64,000 bases of DNA from Candidatus Latescibacterota bacterium (GCA_965237525.1 CBDEFO010000007.1:640001-704000), one strand, 5' to 3'; counted from the stretch's first letter, positions 52,483-62,644 are shown. A program made the numbers and translations. Notes: generated from the sequence alone by a model not told the origin.

Positions 52483-53604
52483 ATGTATAATATATTAGTT
52501 ATTGACTACAGGGATATTTCCCATCCCGAGGCCGGCGGCGCTGAGGTCCTTGTACATGAAATTTTCGGAAGGTTAGCCAACAGGGGACATAGAATAACAC
52601 TGCTATGTTCAGGCTACAAAGGCGGAAAACTCAAGGAGTATATAGGAGGGATGAGGATCTTAAGGGTGGGCAATCAACACAATTTCAATTTTGTGGTGCC
52701 CTATGTCTACCGCAGGAGACTTAGCAAAAACAGCTACGATGCAATTGTGGAGGATATAAATAAGATCCCATTTTTTATGCCTCTTTTTTCAAATACCTGT
52801 GTCCTGCCTGTGCTGCCTCATATCTTTGGAACGACACTGTTCAAGCAGGCACCTTTTCCGTTGGCTCTGTATGTGTACAGCTACGAGAAACTCATCCCTT
52901 TCGTATATAGAAACTGTAAGATCTCAGTCCTGTCCCAAAGCACGAAGGAAGATCTTATCGAAAGAGGACTGCCCGAGGAGAATCTACAGGTTATACATCC
53001 AGGGGTGGACCGGATTCTATATAATACAGGGGATGGAGTTGCAAAGGACTCTTCCCCGATAATCCTCTACGTTGGGAGGATAAAGCAGTATAAGTGCATA
53101 GATCACGTAATACGGGCTATGCCGAGGATTTTGCATAGGGTGCCAGACGCTCAGTATCTTGTCGCAGGGACGGGAGATTATTTAGATAGTTTAAGACGTT
53201 TGACGTCGAAACTGGATTTAGATGATAATGTTAAGTTCTTGGGGTACATAAGCCATGACAAGAAGGCGGACCTTATGAGGAGGGCGAACCTTTTGGTCTA
53301 TACGTCTCCGAAGGAGGGCTGGGGCTTGTCGGTGATCGAGGCTAACGCCTGCGGGACATGCGCCGTGGGAAGCCGCTCTCCGGGGCTTAAGGACGCTGTG
53401 GTCGATAAAGAGACGGGATTTTTGGTGGAACATGGGGATATAGAGGCTCTTGGGGAGGCGATAGTTGAGGTGCTGTCGAACGATGCCCTTAGGGGAAGAC
53501 TTTCGAGAAACGCCCATGCCTGGTCCCAAAACTTCAGCTGGGAGAGGGCGGCAGATGAGACGCTTGAACTGATTGAGCAGGCGATCGAAGGGACGGATAG
53601 TTGA
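52483..53604 (+). CDS. Glycosyltransferase family 4
   Basis: HPEAGGAE, YVGRIKQYK, EGWGLSVIEA (EX7E), ETGFLV. Confidence 0.92.
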   Translation: MYNILVIDYRDISHPEAGGAEVLVHEIFGRLANRGHRITLLCSGYKGGKLKEYIGGMRILRVGNQHNFNFVVPYVYRRRLSKNSYDAIVEDINKIPFFMPLFSNTCVLPVLPHIFGTTLFKQAPFPLALYVYSYEKLIPFVYRNCKISVLSQSTKEDLIERGLPEENLQVIHPGVDRILYNTGDGVAKDSSPIILYVGRIKQYKCIDHVIRAMPRILHRVPDAQYLVAGTGDYLDSLRRLTSKLDLDDNVKFLGYISHDKKADLMRRANLLVYTSPKEGWGLSVIEANACGTCAVGSRSPGLKDAVVDKETGFLVEHGDIEALGEAIVEVLSNDALRGRLSRNAHAWSQNFSWERAADETLELIEQAIEGTDS

Positions 53605-54578
53605 AGAGATTTCTAATCTCGGCCATAAAGATATGCGTGAGTCTGGGATTGATCGCCCTTCTGCTCTACAAAATAGGTCTTGAGCGTCTCTTTTTGGATA
53701 TAAGTTCTGCAAGGTTGGACTATGTCCTCATTGCGATTTTGATATTTGTGCTGAGCATGTTGTTAGGGGCTGCCCAGTGGTATCTTCTCCTTGTAGCTCA
53801 GGGTATCCAAATCTCTTTTGGCAAGGCTGCCTTGTTCTACTTTATTGGGATGTTCTTCAATAACGTCCTTCCGGGGAATATAGCGGGGGATGCGGTTCGA
53901 GTCTATGACGTAAGGAGACTGTCAGGTGAGGGGAGCAGGGCGTTCGCAGCGACGTTTATGGACAGGTTCGTGGGGTTTTTTTTCCTGATATCCCTTTCTA
54001 TTGCAGCTTTTGCCTTTTCGGACGAGCTTTGGGACTATAGGTTGCTCCTTTTTTCTATAGGATTACTGTGCCTCGTGTCGGCAGGTGCGTTATGCGTTGG
54101 GCTGAGCAGGAGACTGGGAACTTTAGCTGAGAGGGCCGCGCTTGCGGTCGCTCCCACGTGGATAGCTGAGAGGCTAAAGAAGGTGAAGGAGGCTCTATTC
54201 TTGTATCGTTCGAGGCTGAGGCTGCTCTGCTGCGTAGCTTTGATTTCACTGTGCGTTCAAGTTCTGAGGATCGCCGTGCACTACGTCGCAGGTCTGTCGT
54301 TAGATTTGGATGTGGGATTCAAATACTTTCTGGTCTTTGTGCCTTTGGTAGCTATATTCGGGAGCGTTCCTATCTCATTTGGAGGATTGGGAGTAATGGA
54401 GACTATAGAAGTTCTATTCTTTAGTCTGTTAGATGTGGAAAGTTCTACTGCTTTTTCCATAGGGCTCCTGGCTCGGTTTGCAGGTATAGTTTCAAGCGTT
54501 ATAGGAGGAGTCCTATTTGTGATGAGAAGAGGCGAGAGGGAACCACAGGGTTTGCAGGTACAGAGACTTCGAGATTGA
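53601..54578 (+). CDS. UPF0104 / lysylphosphatidylglycerol-synthase TM family (flippase-like) membrane protein
   Basis: FFNNVLPGNIAGDAVR, MDRFVG, PISFGGLGVME. Confidence 0.88.
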   Translation: MKRFLISAIKICVSLGLIALLLYKIGLERLFLDISSARLDYVLIAILIFVLSMLLGAAQWYLLLVAQGIQISFGKAALFYFIGMFFNNVLPGNIAGDAVRVYDVRRLSGEGSRAFAATFMDRFVGFFFLISLSIAAFAFSDELWDYRLLLFSIGLLCLVSAGALCVGLSRRLGTLAERAALAVAPTWIAERLKKVKEALFLYRSRLRLLCCVALISLCVQVLRIAVHYVAGLSLDLDVGFKYFLVFVPLVAIFGSVPISFGGLGVMETIEVLFFSLLDVESSTAFSIGLLARFAGIVSSVIGGVLFVMRRGEREPQGLQVQRLRD

Positions 54579-54588
54579 GGTGAGAGCA

Positions 54589-55521
54589 ATGCAGGAACCC
54601 GGATATATACGCATATATGAGTCCGGCCAGTTTGAAGATAGAGTCGAAAAGGCACTGTCTCTCCTTGAGGATTGCCGCGTGTGTCCTCGGGATTGCAGTG
54701 TGAACCGACTCAAGGATGAATGGGCGGTGTGTCACACCGGACGCTGGTCGGCCGTGGGGAGCTGTTTTCCTCACTTCGGCGAGGAAGATTGCCTGAGAGG
54801 ATGGAACGGATCGGGAACTATCTTCTTTTCACACTGCAACTTAAAGTGTATCTTCTGTCAAAATTTCGACATAAGTCAGGAGGGCAAAGGGAGAAAGGTA
54901 AATCCGGATGAACTTGCGGGGATGATGATAGAGCTTCAGGAAAGGGGTTGTCACAACATCAACTTTGTGACTCCTGAGCACGTGGTGTCCCAGATGATGG
55001 AGGCGCTTCCCATCGCAATCGAGCGCGGCCTTCATCTCCCTTTAATCTATAATACGAGCGGGTACGATTCGTTGGACAGTCTGGAACTCCTGGACGGGAT
55101 AATAGACATCTATATGCCCGACTTTAAGTTCTGGGATTCTGAGACCTCCCGAAGGCTCGTCAAAGCTAAGGGCTACCCCGAGGCTGTAAAGGCCGCTGTC
55201 GTGGAGATGCATCGGCAGGTGGGTGATTTAACTTTTGATGAAATGGGCTTGGCAAGGCGAGGCCTTTTAGTTCGCCACTTGGTTATGCCCGGGGGATTGG
55301 CTGGAACTCGGGATGTGATGAGGTTCATAGCTCGCCCGATTTCCCCTGATACATATCTGAATATAATGCCTCAGTACAGGCCCGCGGGGAAAGCCCATCT
55401 TTATTCCGAGATAGACAGGTCTATAACCGCTGCAGAATTCGAGGAGGCTATAAGAATAGCCGAGGAGGAGGGGCTGCATCGTTTCGACGAGCGGCGGAAG
55501 AGTTTTCTGAGACTGGGGTAA
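54589..55521 (+). CDS. Radical SAM protein, PflX-like
   Basis: CRVCPRDC, HFGEE, CNLKCIFCQN (CxxxCxxC), NINFVTP, DIYMPDFK, VRHLVMP. Confidence 0.9.
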   Translation: MQEPGYIRIYESGQFEDRVEKALSLLEDCRVCPRDCSVNRLKDEWAVCHTGRWSAVGSCFPHFGEEDCLRGWNGSGTIFFSHCNLKCIFCQNFDISQEGKGRKVNPDELAGMMIELQERGCHNINFVTPEHVVSQMMEALPIAIERGLHLPLIYNTSGYDSLDSLELLDGIIDIYMPDFKFWDSETSRRLVKAKGYPEAVKAAVVEMHRQVGDLTFDEMGLARRGLLVRHLVMPGGLAGTRDVMRFIARPISPDTYLNIMPQYRPAGKAHLYSEIDRSITAAEFEEAIRIAEEEGLHRFDERRKSFLRLG

Positions 55522-55652
55522 TTCTTTATTAATCTATCGTGTATCTATAAGCAGGGGAGTAAATTACAACTAAATTATAACAGATTGGTTTAAGTGTCTT
55601 TTTGATCTTGTTCAGGTTGTCTTAGGCAAAATCGTTTCGAGAAGATAAAAAG

Positions 55653-56468
55653 ATGGATGATCAGGTATTCAAAGTGCTTGTCCCGTTGATTTATGGGATG
55701 AGTTCTATTCTCTACGTAGTAAATTTTGCCGAGAAGAACAAGGGTGTGGGAAGGTTCGCGACCGGACTTTTGTACGTGGGATGGGCAGTTCATATCACCT
55801 TCTTGGCCATAAGGGCAACAGCTTCTGGCCACATTCCGTTTGCAAGCTTAGGCGAAGCTCTGTCAATTTGCGCCTGGATGGTCTGCTCAGTGTATATGTA
55901 TCTGGAATTCAGCAGCAAGGACAGATCGTTGGGGGCTTTCCTCATCCCTGTGGCGACGCTTATGCAGACTGCGGGTTCAGTGATGATAAAGGGAGTAGCT
56001 CCTCTGCCAGAGAATTTGAGCAGTGGATGGTTTGAAACGCATGTAGCTGCCTCTCTTGTAGCGTATACGGCGTTTGCAATTTCGTGTATGAGTTCCATTA
56101 TGTACATATTTCTGTTCGACGAGATTCACGCCAAGCATCTGGGTTTCTTCTACAAGAGATTGCCCCCTTTGGCCACTTTAGATCATATAAATTACAGAGC
56201 GGCGATGACGGGCTTCTGGTTTATGACTTTAGGCATTATGTCAGGGTCGCTGTGGGCATCCAGCGCCTGGGAGGGCTTCTGGCAGTGGGACATCAAGCTT
56301 ATAAGCTCGTTTGCAATATGGATCCTGTACGGGGTCCATCTGTTCGGGAGGATGACCGCAGGATGGCAGGGCAAAAGGGCTGCTCATCTTTCTATTGCAG
56401 GCTTTGTCCTTGTCCTGTTTACATTTTCGGTGACGAGTATATTACCTGTGGGAAAACATGTTTTCTAA
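55653..56468 (+). CDS. ccsA: Cytochrome c assembly protein, CcsA/HemX family
   Basis: ~8 TM helices, ETHV His, LPPLATLD, GSLWA..AW..FWQWDIK WWD-like motif, C-terminal His. Confidence 0.85.
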   Translation: MDDQVFKVLVPLIYGMSSILYVVNFAEKNKGVGRFATGLLYVGWAVHITFLAIRATASGHIPFASLGEALSICAWMVCSVYMYLEFSSKDRSLGAFLIPVATLMQTAGSVMIKGVAPLPENLSSGWFETHVAASLVAYTAFAISCMSSIMYIFLFDEIHAKHLGFFYKRLPPLATLDHINYRAAMTGFWFMTLGIMSGSLWASSAWEGFWQWDIKLISSFAIWILYGVHLFGRMTAGWQGKRAAHLSIAGFVLVLFTFSVTSILPVGKHVF

Positions 56469-56516
56469 GCAAGTAGATAATAGTCAGTAGACAGGAGAAT
56501 CGCCTTGCTCTGCACC

Positions 56517-56625
56517 GGATTGCTTCGCTTCCCCGATCCCCGATAGACTCAATCGGGGACTTGCAATGACATTGTCTGTCTTTAGCCCTTTGTCATTGCA
56601 AAGGGCACATTCCCGAAGGAATCTC
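56517..56625. repeat. Palindromic repeat arms of the GATTGCTTCG..GCAATGAC family with a nested 23-bp hairpin
   Basis: TCCCCGATAGACTCAATCGGGGA (56537-56559) is the exact reverse complement of 36339-36361. Confidence 0.75.
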
Positions 56626-56676
56626 ACTATCTAACGTATTCTGTTTAGTTATTTGCATAAACTGGAGAAATTATTT

Positions 56677-57552
56677 GTGGAACGTAATATAAATTTAACT
56701 GTAAATGGCGAGATTTTCAATATAGATATTGATGATGAAAGGAGCCTCGTATCGGTCTTGAGGGACGATTTAGGCTTCAGAGAGGTTAAGCAGGAATGCG
56801 ACGACGGCTCGTGCCGTTCCTGCACTGTGATGATGGGCAAAGAGGTGGTGCGACCACTCCGTGCGGTAAAGTCATGCACTATCAAGGCTGTGGAGGCTGA
56901 TGGAACAAAGATCGAGACAGAAAAACTCTATTATCCTATGTTCGTGGATATTATGGGCAGAAGGTGTCTTGTGGTAGGAGGAGGAGAGGTGGCGTGCAGG
57001 AAGGTTGAGGCTATTGTGAAGTACGGAGCAAAAGTGCACGTAATCAGCCCTGAGTTTAACGAAGAGATGGAGAGGATGATAGAGGATAGAGTGGTGACTG
57101 CGGAAAAGAGAGAGTTTAAAAGGGGCGATCTTGATGGGTTCTTTCTGGTGATAGGGGCAACGGATGACAACAGTGTGAACAGAGAGATCTACGCCGAGGC
57201 TGAGGAGAGAGGGATTTTGTGCAATATTGTGGATGTGCCTCCTCTATGCGGCTTTATAGTGCCCTCAATTGCAAAGAGAGGAGCGCTCCAGATAGCTATC
57301 TCTACCGCAGGCAAGAGCCCTGCATTTTCGAGGACCCTGAGGCAGAAGTTTGAAGAGGAGTTTGGGGATGAGTACGCCCAGTTTTTAGAGGTTATGGGTG
57401 GATTGAGAGAGGTTCTGAAGGATAAGTACCCTGAAGATGAGAACAAACGCAAAGAGATCTTTGAACGTCTTGTAAGGTCTGATCTTTTGGATTCCATAAG
57501 GATCAAGGATGAGGAAAGGATTCAGGAGATATTGTCGGAATGCACATCTTAG
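56677..57552 (+). CDS. Precorrin-2 dehydrogenase/sirohydrochlorin ferrochelatase (SirC/Met8p/CysG-N) with a fused N-terminal CoxS-type 2Fe-2S domain
   Basis: C-terminal YPMFVD..LVVGGGEVA.RK, ATDD, NIVDVP.LCGF, ISTAGKSP; N-terminal LTVNGE..SLVSVLRDDLG..C-X4-C-X2-C-X17-C; RBS GGAG before the GTG at 56677. Confidence 0.87.
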   Translation: MERNINLTVNGEIFNIDIDDERSLVSVLRDDLGFREVKQECDDGSCRSCTVMMGKEVVRPLRAVKSCTIKAVEADGTKIETEKLYYPMFVDIMGRRCLVVGGGEVACRKVEAIVKYGAKVHVISPEFNEEMERMIEDRVVTAEKREFKRGDLDGFFLVIGATDDNSVNREIYAEAEERGILCNIVDVPPLCGFIVPSIAKRGALQIAISTAGKSPAFSRTLRQKFEEEFGDEYAQFLEVMGGLREVLKDKYPEDENKRKEIFERLVRSDLLDSIRIKDEERIQEILSECTS

Positions 57553-58838
57553 CTGTAGGTTTGAGCCATCACACGGCTCCTGTGGAGATAAGGGATAAGG
57601 TGGCGTTTCTGCCACACGGCTTGGACGAATCTTTAGGGGCTTTGAAGTCTCAGGAAGATTTCAAGGAGTCCTTGATCTTATCTACGTGCAACAGGAGCGA
57701 GCTTTACGCTGTGTGTGAAGATGCCGGGTCGGGTCGGGAGCGTCTCTTTTCGTTCTTTTCGGACTTTCACAATGTGGATCTGGAGGAGTTAAAGCCGTAT
57801 CTGTTCTGCCTTGTAGATGGTGAAGCGATAAGGCACACGTTTTCGGTGGCGTGCGGATTGCAGTCTATGGTTATGGGCGAACCGCAGATCGCAGGCCAGG
57901 TGAAGGAAGCGCATCAAAGGGCGATGGAGCGAAAGACTACAGAAGTGCTGCTGAATCGCCTCTTTATGGCTGCAGCTGAGGTGTCGAAGAGGGCAAGGAC
58001 TGAAACCAGGATAAGTGAGGGACCGGTGTCTGTCAGCTTTGCGGCTGTCGAGCTTGCAAAGAAGGTATTCGACCGCCTGGAAGGTAGAACAGCTCTCTTG
58101 ATAGGGGCAGGTGAGATGGCAGAGCTTACGGCTATTCATCTTTCCTCAAACGGGATAAGTTCGATTATTATAGCCAGCAGGACCCTGGAGCGGGCATCTC
58201 AATTAGCGCGGAGAATCGGAGGGAAGCCCGTAGCTTTTCAGGAGCGCATAAACTATCTGGATAAGGCTGATATAGTGGTGAGTTCGACGAGCGCGCCTTA
58301 CTACGTGCTGGGAGCAGATGACGTAGCTCGTGTGATGAGGAGGAGAAATAACAATCCGATATTTTTCATTGACATAGCTGTGCCGAGGGATATTGACCCG
58401 GAAATTGGGAATCTGTATAATGTGTTCTTGTACAATATAGACGATATAGAATCTGTTGTGTCTGATAATTTGATGAAGCGGCAGGAGGAGGCACAGAAGG
58501 CAAGGGTTATCATAGATGAGGAACTTGAAAAATTCCTCTCGTGGTGGGGTTCTTTAGATGTCGTTCCTACTATTAAGTCTTTGAGGGAGAAGTTTCAAAA
58601 GGAGCTTGACATGGAATTGAATCGTCTAAAATCAAAGATGGACAATCTATCTGATGAGCAAAAGGACATTGTCCTTATGCTTATGAGAGGTTACATGAAT
58701 AAGCTTTTGCATTCTCCGACTACAAGGCTAAAAGAGGCAGTAAATTCCGACGACGGCTTGGAGTATGTAAGCTCAATAAGGTATCTTTTCGATCTGGATT
58801 CGGAGCCCAAGCACAAAAAAGTAGACAGCAAGCAGTAG
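57540..58838 (+). CDS. hemA: Glutamyl-tRNA reductase
   Basis: GLSHHTAPVEIR, LSTCNRSE, SMVMGEPQIAGQVK, IGAGEM, IDIAVPRDI. Confidence 0.96.
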   Translation: MHILAVGLSHHTAPVEIRDKVAFLPHGLDESLGALKSQEDFKESLILSTCNRSELYAVCEDAGSGRERLFSFFSDFHNVDLEELKPYLFCLVDGEAIRHTFSVACGLQSMVMGEPQIAGQVKEAHQRAMERKTTEVLLNRLFMAAAEVSKRARTETRISEGPVSVSFAAVELAKKVFDRLEGRTALLIGAGEMAELTAIHLSSNGISSIIIASRTLERASQLARRIGGKPVAFQERINYLDKADIVVSSTSAPYYVLGADDVARVMRRRNNNPIFFIDIAVPRDIDPEIGNLYNVFLYNIDDIESVVSDNLMKRQEEAQKARVIIDEELEKFLSWWGSLDVVPTIKSLREKFQKELDMELNRLKSKMDNLSDEQKDIVLMLMRGYMNKLLHSPTTRLKEAVNSDDGLEYVSSIRYLFDLDSEPKHKKVDSKQ

Positions 58839-58877
58839 ACAGCATTGAGCGGAAAGGTGTTCCTGCCTGCTGTCTAC

Positions 58878-58950
58878 GAGATTGCTTCGCTAGCAATGAC
58901 AAGTTATTCGCTATTGATGCTTTATGTCACTTCTCGCCGCAAAGCAATCT
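58878..58950. repeat. Degenerate palindromic repeat arms (same family as 36317-36457)
   Basis: GAGATTGCTTCGCTAGCAATGAC ... GTCACTTC..AAAGCAATCTC. Confidence 0.6.
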
Positions 58951-59053
58951 CAATAGTGAGAACTGAATGACCCCGAGAGGTGGTCTAACTAATGCCTGCT
59001 AATCTTAATATGTAATTTGGGCGTGCAAGTCTTACACACAAGGAAAGAAGTGA

Positions 59054-60028
59054 ATGCGAATACATAGAAGAAGACAGATTATTATAGGAACAAGGGGCAG
59101 CAGGTTAGCTCTGTGGCAGTCGGGGTTTGTCAGGGATCTTCTCAAGGATAAGTTCCGAAAGCTTGACGTGGAACTGAAGGTGATAAAGACAAAAGGCGAT
59201 AAAATTCTGGACGCTCCACTGTCGAAGATAGGTAGGAAGGGCGTGTTTACAAGAGAGATCGAAAATGAGCTTCTAAGCGGAGATATAGATATAGCTGTGC
59301 ACAGCATGAAGGATCTTCCGACGGAGCTGCCTGAAGGCCTGAGCGTAGGAGCTATACCTAAGAGGGATGACGTAAGGGATGTCCTAGTATCCAGAGATAG
59401 AGTGGGTCTCCGCCAGCTTGCTGGCGGTTCAAAAATAGGGACGAGCAGTCTCAGGAGGCGGGCTCAGCTTGCAAATTTGAGAAACGATCTCGACTTTGCG
59501 GACATAAGGGGGAATATAGATACGCGTTTGAAGAAATTAGATTACGGGGACTACGACGCACTCATCCTGGCTTCTGCGGGCCTGGAGAGGATGGGCTGGA
59601 AAGATAAGATAACGGAGTATATATCTCCGCAGATATGCCTTCCGGCTCCGGGCCAGGGGGCATTAGGCGTGGAGATCCGCCAGGATGACAGGCGGGTTTT
59701 GGAGTTCGTATCTGTCCTTGGAGATGAGGACACAAGACTCGTGGTCGAGGCCGAAAGGGAATTTCTGCGGGGACTGGGAGGAGGATGTCAAGTACCAATC
59801 GGCGCCTGGGGGAGAATAGAGGATGACAGCCTCTGCCTTGAGGGTGTGGTCGCGCTTTTGGACGGCAGTAAACTGCTCAGGGAGAAGGTAGTTGAGGGCA
59901 AATCGGACGCCGGTGGGACAGGCAAAAAGTTAGCGGATATACTCATAGAAAAAGGCGCTGATAGAATACTGGAAAGTGTGCTGACAGAGGCGGAGCGTCC
60001 TCCTCAGAACGCTTCAGAGACTGTCTAA
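59054..60028 (+). CDS. hemC: Hydroxymethylbilane synthase
   Basis: GTRGSRLALWQ, AVHSMKDLP, GTSSLRR, RGNIDTRL, GGCQVPIG. Confidence 0.97.
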   Translation: MRIHRRRQIIIGTRGSRLALWQSGFVRDLLKDKFRKLDVELKVIKTKGDKILDAPLSKIGRKGVFTREIENELLSGDIDIAVHSMKDLPTELPEGLSVGAIPKRDDVRDVLVSRDRVGLRQLAGGSKIGTSSLRRRAQLANLRNDLDFADIRGNIDTRLKKLDYGDYDALILASAGLERMGWKDKITEYISPQICLPAPGQGALGVEIRQDDRRVLEFVSVLGDEDTRLVVEAEREFLRGLGGGCQVPIGAWGRIEDDSLCLEGVVALLDGSKLLREKVVEGKSDAGGTGKKLADILIEKGADRILESVLTEAERPPQNASETV

Positions 60029-60086
60029 AGGCTGATCACGGAATCGTCAGGCAAGGAGCAGTAATCATTAATCAGGAGTTACACAC

Positions 60087-60923
60087 GTGAAACTGAGCTC
60101 AGTAACTTTTACATGGCCTCTCCTGCCCATGGACGGGGCGGCTGCGATCTTGAGTCTCTTGGGCTTTGAATACGTGGACATCTCCGGCTACACAGATGCC
60201 CCGTTTGAGACGATTACGCCGTGGCAGATCTCCGACGATCCGGACGGCGCGAAGGCAAAGGTGAATGCCATGCAAATGGAGCATGGACTTCAGCCGGCAG
60301 ACTACTTTTTCAGTTTCGGTGAGGGCTTTAGGGGGTCTCCGGTGAATCACCCGGACCCTCACGTGCGAAAGAGGAACCGGGAGACGTTTGAGAATGTCGT
60401 CTCTTTTTGCAAGGATCTCGGCTTTTCTCACATCACTCTCCTGCCGGGAGCTATCTGGAATGACCTGGGACCTGAACGATCGCTCGAACTTTCGGCTGAG
60501 GGACTAAGCGAAATTGTGGCTATCGGAGGTGAAGCAGGCATCCCGGTCGGAATCGAGCCACACTGGGAGTCCGTAGTTGAGACCATCGAAAGGACACAGC
60601 GTCTCTTACAGATGGTGAACGGCCTGACGCTGACTTTAGATTACACCCATTTTATCGCTCAGGGCGTCGAGCAGTCCGAAGTGGATGTCCTTGCTCCTCA
60701 CGCCTCTCACTTTCACGCACGGCAGGGCGCGCCCGGACATGTCCAGATGGGAATGGACGACGGGACGCTGGACTATGAGCAGATTATGCAGGTCTTAAAA
60801 GGAGCGGGCTACGACGGCTTTCTGACGCTGGAGCACACCTACCAGGAGTGGAAGAGCTGCTATAAGACGGAGAACATCTCTGAGACAATGCGTCTGGCTG
60901 ATCAGTTGAGGGAATTGATCTAA
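60087..60923 (+). CDS. Sugar phosphate isomerase/epimerase (xylose isomerase-like TIM barrel)
   Basis: GIEPH, LDYTH, HFHAR, GTLDY, GYDGFLTLE; RBS AGGAG. Confidence 0.85.
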   Translation: MKLSSVTFTWPLLPMDGAAAILSLLGFEYVDISGYTDAPFETITPWQISDDPDGAKAKVNAMQMEHGLQPADYFFSFGEGFRGSPVNHPDPHVRKRNRETFENVVSFCKDLGFSHITLLPGAIWNDLGPERSLELSAEGLSEIVAIGGEAGIPVGIEPHWESVVETIERTQRLLQMVNGLTLTLDYTHFIAQGVEQSEVDVLAPHASHFHARQGAPGHVQMGMDDGTLDYEQIMQVLKGAGYDGFLTLEHTYQEWKSCYKTENISETMRLADQLRELI

Positions 60924-60927
60924 AGCT

Positions 60928-62472
60928 ATGAGCAGGGCAAAGGTCTATCTAGTCGGCGGTGGTCCGGGTGACCCGGGTCTGATCACACTGAAGGGATTGG
61001 ACTGCATTAAGAAGGCCGACGTTTTAGTATACGATTATTTAGTTGACGGGAGGCTCGTGGATGAGGCTGGAGAAGATTGTGAGAGGGTGTACGTGGGTAA
61101 GAAGGCGGGAGAGCATACTCTAAGGCAGGAGGAGATAAACGATCTCCTTGTGGAAAGGGCGAAAAAAGGCAAAGTGGTGGTCAGGTTGAAGGGAGGTGAT
61201 CCCTTTGTGTTCGGTCGAGGTGGAGAGGAGGCTTTAGCTCTGTCTGAGGCGGGCGTTGAGTTTGAAGTAGTCCCCGGCGTGACTGCGGCTGTCGCCGCTC
61301 CCGCTTATGCGGGGATTCCCCTGACGCACAGGGGACTGACTTCGACGCTGGCTCTGATTACGGGACATGAAGATCCCACAAAGGAAGGGTCGGATATAGA
61401 TTGGAGCAGTATTTCTACGGGGATTGGAACTCTGGTCTTTTTTATGGGTGTGGGGAATCTTCCCGGCATAGTCAAGAAATTGGTGGAGAACGGCAGATCT
61501 CAAGATACACCTGTGGCTCTGATCAGGTGGGGGACCAAGCCCTGTCAGATGACGGTTGTGGGATCTTTGAGGAATATTGTAGAGAAGGTCGAGTCGCACG
61601 ATCTGAAGCCCCCTGCGGTTATTGTCGTAGGGGACGTTGTGAAGCTGAGAGAAAATCTGAACTGGTTTGAAAACAAGCCTCTGTTCGGAATGAGGATACT
61701 GGTCACACGTTCGAGGGATCAGGCAAGCGAACTCTCCAGAAGACTCGAGGATTTCGGGGCTCTCGCCATGGAGTTTCCCACGATAAGTATAAAAGAGCCT
61801 CATGATTGGAGGCCGCTGGATAACGCTATAAGGAAGATCGTTTCTTTCGACTGGATCGTCTTTACCAGCGCAAATGGCGCCGACAAGTTCTTCCTTCGTT
61901 TCTTTCAGTTGGGAGGAGATATTCGAAAGTTGGGGGGGATCAAGATATGCGCTATAGGCCCGGCGTCAGCAGAGAGAATAGAGAGATGCTATATAAAGGT
62001 CGACCTTCTGCCCGAGTCTAATACCTCTGAGTCTGTAGTCTCGGCTTTTGGGAAAATAGGGAATATCTCCGGGCTGAAGTTTCTGCTGCCGAGGGCAGAT
62101 ATAGCGGGGGATCTCCTCCCTGATGGTCTGAGAAAAATGGGAGCAGATGTGATGGACATTGTAGCTTACAGGAATGTAAAACCGGATAGGGGAGATGATA
62201 GGGTTTTAGAAATGTTGGAAGATGGAAAAGTGGACATGATGACGTTCGCAAGTTCGTCCACTGTGAGGAATTTTGCAGATATTATTGGTAAAGAACGGTT
62301 TAAGCATGTTATGAATAATGTGAAAGTGGCGTCTATTGGCCCCGTGACATCCAGAACTATACTGGGATGGGGAGGAAAGATCGATATCGAGGCGGATGAA
62401 AATAATATCACTATACCAGGCTTAGTTGACGCTATAGTCTCTTATTATTCACGATTACAAGCAGACACGTGA
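60928..62472 (+). CDS. cobA: Uroporphyrinogen-III C-methyltransferase / uroporphyrinogen-III synthase fusion (CobA/HemD)
   Basis: GGGPGDPGLITLKG, RLKGGDPFVFGRGGEE, then ILVTRSRDQ, FTSANG, FASSSTV, SIGPVT. Confidence 0.95.
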   Translation: MSRAKVYLVGGGPGDPGLITLKGLDCIKKADVLVYDYLVDGRLVDEAGEDCERVYVGKKAGEHTLRQEEINDLLVERAKKGKVVVRLKGGDPFVFGRGGEEALALSEAGVEFEVVPGVTAAVAAPAYAGIPLTHRGLTSTLALITGHEDPTKEGSDIDWSSISTGIGTLVFFMGVGNLPGIVKKLVENGRSQDTPVALIRWGTKPCQMTVVGSLRNIVEKVESHDLKPPAVIVVGDVVKLRENLNWFENKPLFGMRILVTRSRDQASELSRRLEDFGALAMEFPTISIKEPHDWRPLDNAIRKIVSFDWIVFTSANGADKFFLRFFQLGGDIRKLGGIKICAIGPASAERIERCYIKVDLLPESNTSESVVSAFGKIGNISGLKFLLPRADIAGDLLPDGLRKMGADVMDIVAYRNVKPDRGDDRVLEMLEDGKVDMMTFASSSTVRNFADIIGKERFKHVMNNVKVASIGPVTSRTILGWGGKIDIEADENNITIPGLVDAIVSYYSRLQADT

Positions 62473-62644
62473 CATTGCTTCATGGCTTCACTCCTTGCAA
62501 TGAGCAAAGGCCCTGAGTAAGCAGTCTGATTGTTAGGCGGCGTAGCAGCTGTTGCCGGGGGGCAACAAGCCACGACGTAAGCCAAGCAGTGTCGCGCACA
62601 GGGGACTTCATCCCCTACATGCTGTCTACTGGGAGGTAATATAG

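Noticed and set aside
58820..58878. GTAGACAGCA direct/inverted repeats as a CRISPR or attC array
   Set aside because: Only 2-3 short copies forming a local hairpin; no regular spacers and no cas or integron integrase genes.
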